A DNA stretch of 64,000 nt from Corallococcus sp. AB038B (GTDB taxonomy: Bacteria > Myxococcota > Myxococcia > Myxococcales > Myxococcaceae), in contig NZ_RAWO01000002.1 of assembly GCF_003668955.1 (NCBI RefSeq), forward strand, positions 215,605 to 279,604, written 5' to 3'. The position numbers and the translations under genes are program-made. Numbering within the stretch: position 1 is the stretch's first letter; each line of letters opens with the position of its first letter. This document shows, piece after piece, positions 61,734 to 64,000 of this stretch. The notes under the pieces were generated by a model. It ran no database searches and was not told where the DNA came from. It was given only the letters and a program-made list of their open reading frames with translations.

Positions 61734-62348
61734 GTGACGGGAGGAGTCGTGAGGAAGTCGCTGCTGTTGGCCGCGCTCGCGCTGGCGACGCCGGCCCTGG
61801 GGGCCACGCCGCCGGAGGGCGTGCCGTTCGAGCCGCGCCGGGGGTTCTTCACCGAGACCGACGTGGGGGTCTTCTTCACGGTGGGCGGCGAGAACAGCTA
61901 CTCCAACGCGCAGTCGTATGTGCAGTTGGGCATTGGCTATGACTTGACGGAGCGGCTGTCGCTGGGCGCCCACTTCGCGCTGGGCTCCTCCGCGCAGAAC
62001 TGCTTCGCGGGCTACCTGCCGGACTCCAACGTCTGCGCGCTGTCCGACAACTTCACCGTGGCCTTCGGCGACCTGACGGCCGCGTACCACGTGCGGCTGG
62101 CCAACCGCTTCTACCTGACGCCCAAGGTGGCGGCGGGCTACACGCGGTTGGATCCGACGCCGGTGGATCCGGACCAGGGCGACCCGGGCCGCTCCATCAA
62201 CGCCTTCAACGCGGGCCTGGGCGTGGGCGTGGAGTACGCCACGTCCTTCGACCACTTCTCCGTGGGCGCGGACCTGCTCGGGCGCTACATCTTCGGGCCC
62301 AACATCATGACGTTCGCGGTGTTCCCGCGCGTGAAGTACACGTTCTAG
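61734..62348 (+). CDS. nfsH: Outer-membrane beta-barrel protein, NfsH/GltH-family
   Basis: GTG 61734 with AGGAGG 5 nt upstream. Signal peptide 'VRKSLLLAALALATPALGA', C-terminal '...PRVKYTF'. Confidence 0.55.
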   Translation: MTGGVVRKSLLLAALALATPALGATPPEGVPFEPRRGFFTETDVGVFFTVGGENSYSNAQSYVQLGIGYDLTERLSLGAHFALGSSAQNCFAGYLPDSNVCALSDNFTVAFGDLTAAYHVRLANRFYLTPKVAAGYTRLDPTPVDPDQGDPGRSINAFNAGLGVGVEYATSFDHFSVGADLLGRYIFGPNIMTFAVFPRVKYTF

Positions 62349-63160
62349 CGAGCCACCTGCCGGGCGTATCCGGCGGGTGTGCAGCCCACGATGCGCCGGA
62401 AGTCGCGGATGAAGTGGGCCTGATCGAAGTAGCCCAGCTCCAGCGCCAGCCGCGCCAGCTCTGGAGGTGGCGTTTCGCGCAGCCGCTCCGCGGCTTCATG
62501 CAAGCGGTAGCGCTGGATGACCCACTTGGGATTCACGCCCACGTAGCGGTTGAACAGCCGCTGCAACGTGCGCAGGCCCGGGCCTCCGGGTGTGAGCAGG
62601 TCCTCCACCTTCGTCACCGCGCGGTCCTCCAGGATGCGCGCGACGAGCCCCTGCACGAGCGCCACGTTCGGATCCGGCGCGGGCATGCGGGCCCGCAGGA
62701 AGGCCTCCGCCAGGGCGATGCGCTCGCGGTCCGCGTCTCGCACGACGTCGGTGGCGAGGATGGCCGCCTCCAGCGTCAGCGCCTCCGGGCCCAGCAACGC
62801 ACCGGGTGAAGCGGTTCGTCGCGTGAGGGCGGACACGGGCGTGCCCACGAAGGGGAAGAAGCCGCCGGGCCGGAACTTGATGCTGAACACGCCGCCCAGC
62901 CCCTCCAGCGTGATGGAGAAGCGGCCCGGGTGCGGGCCTCCCACGCGCGACGTGCCGTCCTGGAAGGCCCAGTGCACGGAGGGGTGGCTGAGGCTCTGCT
63001 GGAGGTAGGGCGGCTGTCCGCGCAGGTCCCATCGCACGGCCCAGAAGTGTTCGACCCACGGGCTCAGGTCCTCCGCGGGCAGGACGCGGACGTGCTCGAA
63101 GTGCCGGGGATCCGGGCGGGGATACAGCAGGCCCCGAGGCTTGCCCGCGTTCGACTCCAC
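62345..63160 (-). CDS. AraC-family transcriptional regulator
   Basis: C-terminal HTH 'LALELGYFDQAHFIRDFRRIVGCTPAGYARQ'. GTG start with GGAGGAGG upstream. Its stop overlaps the nfsH stop by 4 nt (convergent). Confidence 0.8.
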   Translation of the reverse strand: MESNAGKPRGLLYPRPDPRHFEHVRVLPAEDLSPWVEHFWAVRWDLRGQPPYLQQSLSHPSVHWAFQDGTSRVGGPHPGRFSITLEGLGGVFSIKFRPGGFFPFVGTPVSALTRRTASPGALLGPEALTLEAAILATDVVRDADRERIALAEAFLRARMPAPDPNVALVQGLVARILEDRAVTKVEDLLTPGGPGLRTLQRLFNRYVGVNPKWVIQRYRLHEAAERLRETPPPELARLALELGYFDQAHFIRDFRRIVGCTPAGYARQVAR

Positions 63161-63319
63161 CCGCCTTGCCGCCTCCTCCAGGACGTCCGTGTCCTGGCGC
63201 GCTTCTACTACCGCTTCGACGGACGTCGGACAGATGCCCCGGCCTGGCGGGCGGATTCAGCTCCGTCGCTCGTGTGCTCACCCTGAAAGTCACCCTCGCG
63301 GTTCTTTCCAGGTAATCAC

Positions 63320-64000
63320 ATGACCCCCGTTCTCCGTTGCCATGCGCGTGTGTGGGTGCTGGTGCTGTCGTTGCTGTCGGTCCCCGCGCTCGCGCAGGGC
63401 GTCCCGAACCTGCCGTCCGCGGAGGAGTGCTGGGGCCAGTCGCCGGACGCGGACCACGACGGCGTGAGCGACAGCTGCGAGCTCCAGGTGGCCGCGGCCT
63501 TCATGCCCACGCTGTGGATTGCCCAGGGCGAGAAGGGCGTGGCGCGCCGGCCGTACTTCGCGGCGCGGCCGTTGAACTCCGCCCTGCGCACGCTGCGCAT
63601 CTTCTACCTGACCGCGTACTACGAGGACCACGGCATCCCCAGTCTGGGCATCTTCAACGTCTTCGCCCACGACGGGGACTCCGAGTTCCAGGTGCTGGAT
63701 GTGCACTACGCCGACGGCCGCTGGTACCTGGACCAGGCCTTCCTGGCCGCGCACCTGGAGACGGCGTGCGACGCGTCAGGCTGGTACGGCTACGCGCAGC
63801 TCGAGTACGCGGGGGCGTACCGGGGCGCGCCGCGCATCTACGTGGCCGGGAACAAGCACGGCTCGTACAACTCGAAGGCCACCTGCGACCGGGGCTGCTT
63901 CTTCACCGACAGCTGCTCCCAGGGCCGGCAGGAGTCGTTGGATCCCGGCAACCAGCTCGCGGGCCGCAACGTGGGCTCCATCAGCATCCCGCTGATCAAC
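63320..64000 (+). CDS. Secreted hypothetical protein (3' end outside window), not in ORF track
   Basis: ATG 63320 'MTPVLRCHARVWVLVLSLLSVPALAQG' signal peptide. Strong GC3 bias over 227 codons with no stop before the window end. Cys-rich. Confidence 0.6.
   Translation, partial: MTPVLRCHARVWVLVLSLLSVPALAQGVPNLPSAEECWGQSPDADHDGVSDSCELQVAAAFMPTLWIAQGEKGVARRPYFAARPLNSALRTLRIFYLTAYYEDHGIPSLGIFNVFAHDGDSEFQVLDVHYADGRWYLDQAFLAAHLETACDASGWYGYAQLEYAGAYRGAPRIYVAGNKHGSYNSKATCDRGCFFTDSCSQGRQESLDPGNQLAGRNVGSISIPLIN

Noticed and set aside
63699-63995. Track ORF 63699-63995 (+)
   Set aside because: Out of frame with the much longer, codon-bias-supported secreted-protein ORF starting at ATG 63320 in frame 2.

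Overview
This window is a high-GC (~70%) chromosomal segment with the codon bias and gene content of a myxobacterium (Myxococcus/Corallococcus-like). No rRNA, tRNA, CRISPR array, transposase or integrase was recognised, and many long ORFs in the supplied track are antisense shadows of real genes. The window falls into three blocks. (i) 1-26.4 kb holds a hybrid NRPS-PKS biosynthetic operon on the minus strand. Its loading NRPS gene (starter C-A-T, 23034-26378) overlaps by 14 nt a 5938-aa megasynthetase (5231-23047) organised KS-AT-KR(degenerate)-ACP, then four C-A-T modules, then TE. The megasynthetase is translationally coupled to a PLP-dependent group-II decarboxylase (3675-5234). A Ser/Thr kinase, a VOC/glyoxalase protein and a convergent FAD-dependent amino-acid-oxidase-like gene flank it on the left. 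(ii) 26.6-49 kb carries mixed housekeeping and accessory genes: selA, an HNH endonuclease, a ParA/MinD-like ATPase coupled to a J-domain/HTH protein, an RluD-like pseudouridine synthase, an HD-GYP protein, an OPT oligopeptide transporter, an RpoH-family sigma factor, a MoxR-DUF58-transglutaminase triad, a STAS protein, a lytic transglycosylase, and a small lmo0937-type membrane protein with a zinc-ribbon protein and a HupE/UreJ transporter. (iii) 49-64 kb starts with an orphan ribosomal protein L3 gene. It is followed by a contiguous eight-gene Nfs/Glt-type envelope-spanning motor cluster (two OM beta-barrels, three TPR proteins, a small secreted protein, an FHA/TonB-C protein, an OM barrel), then an AraC regulator and a 3'-truncated secreted protein.
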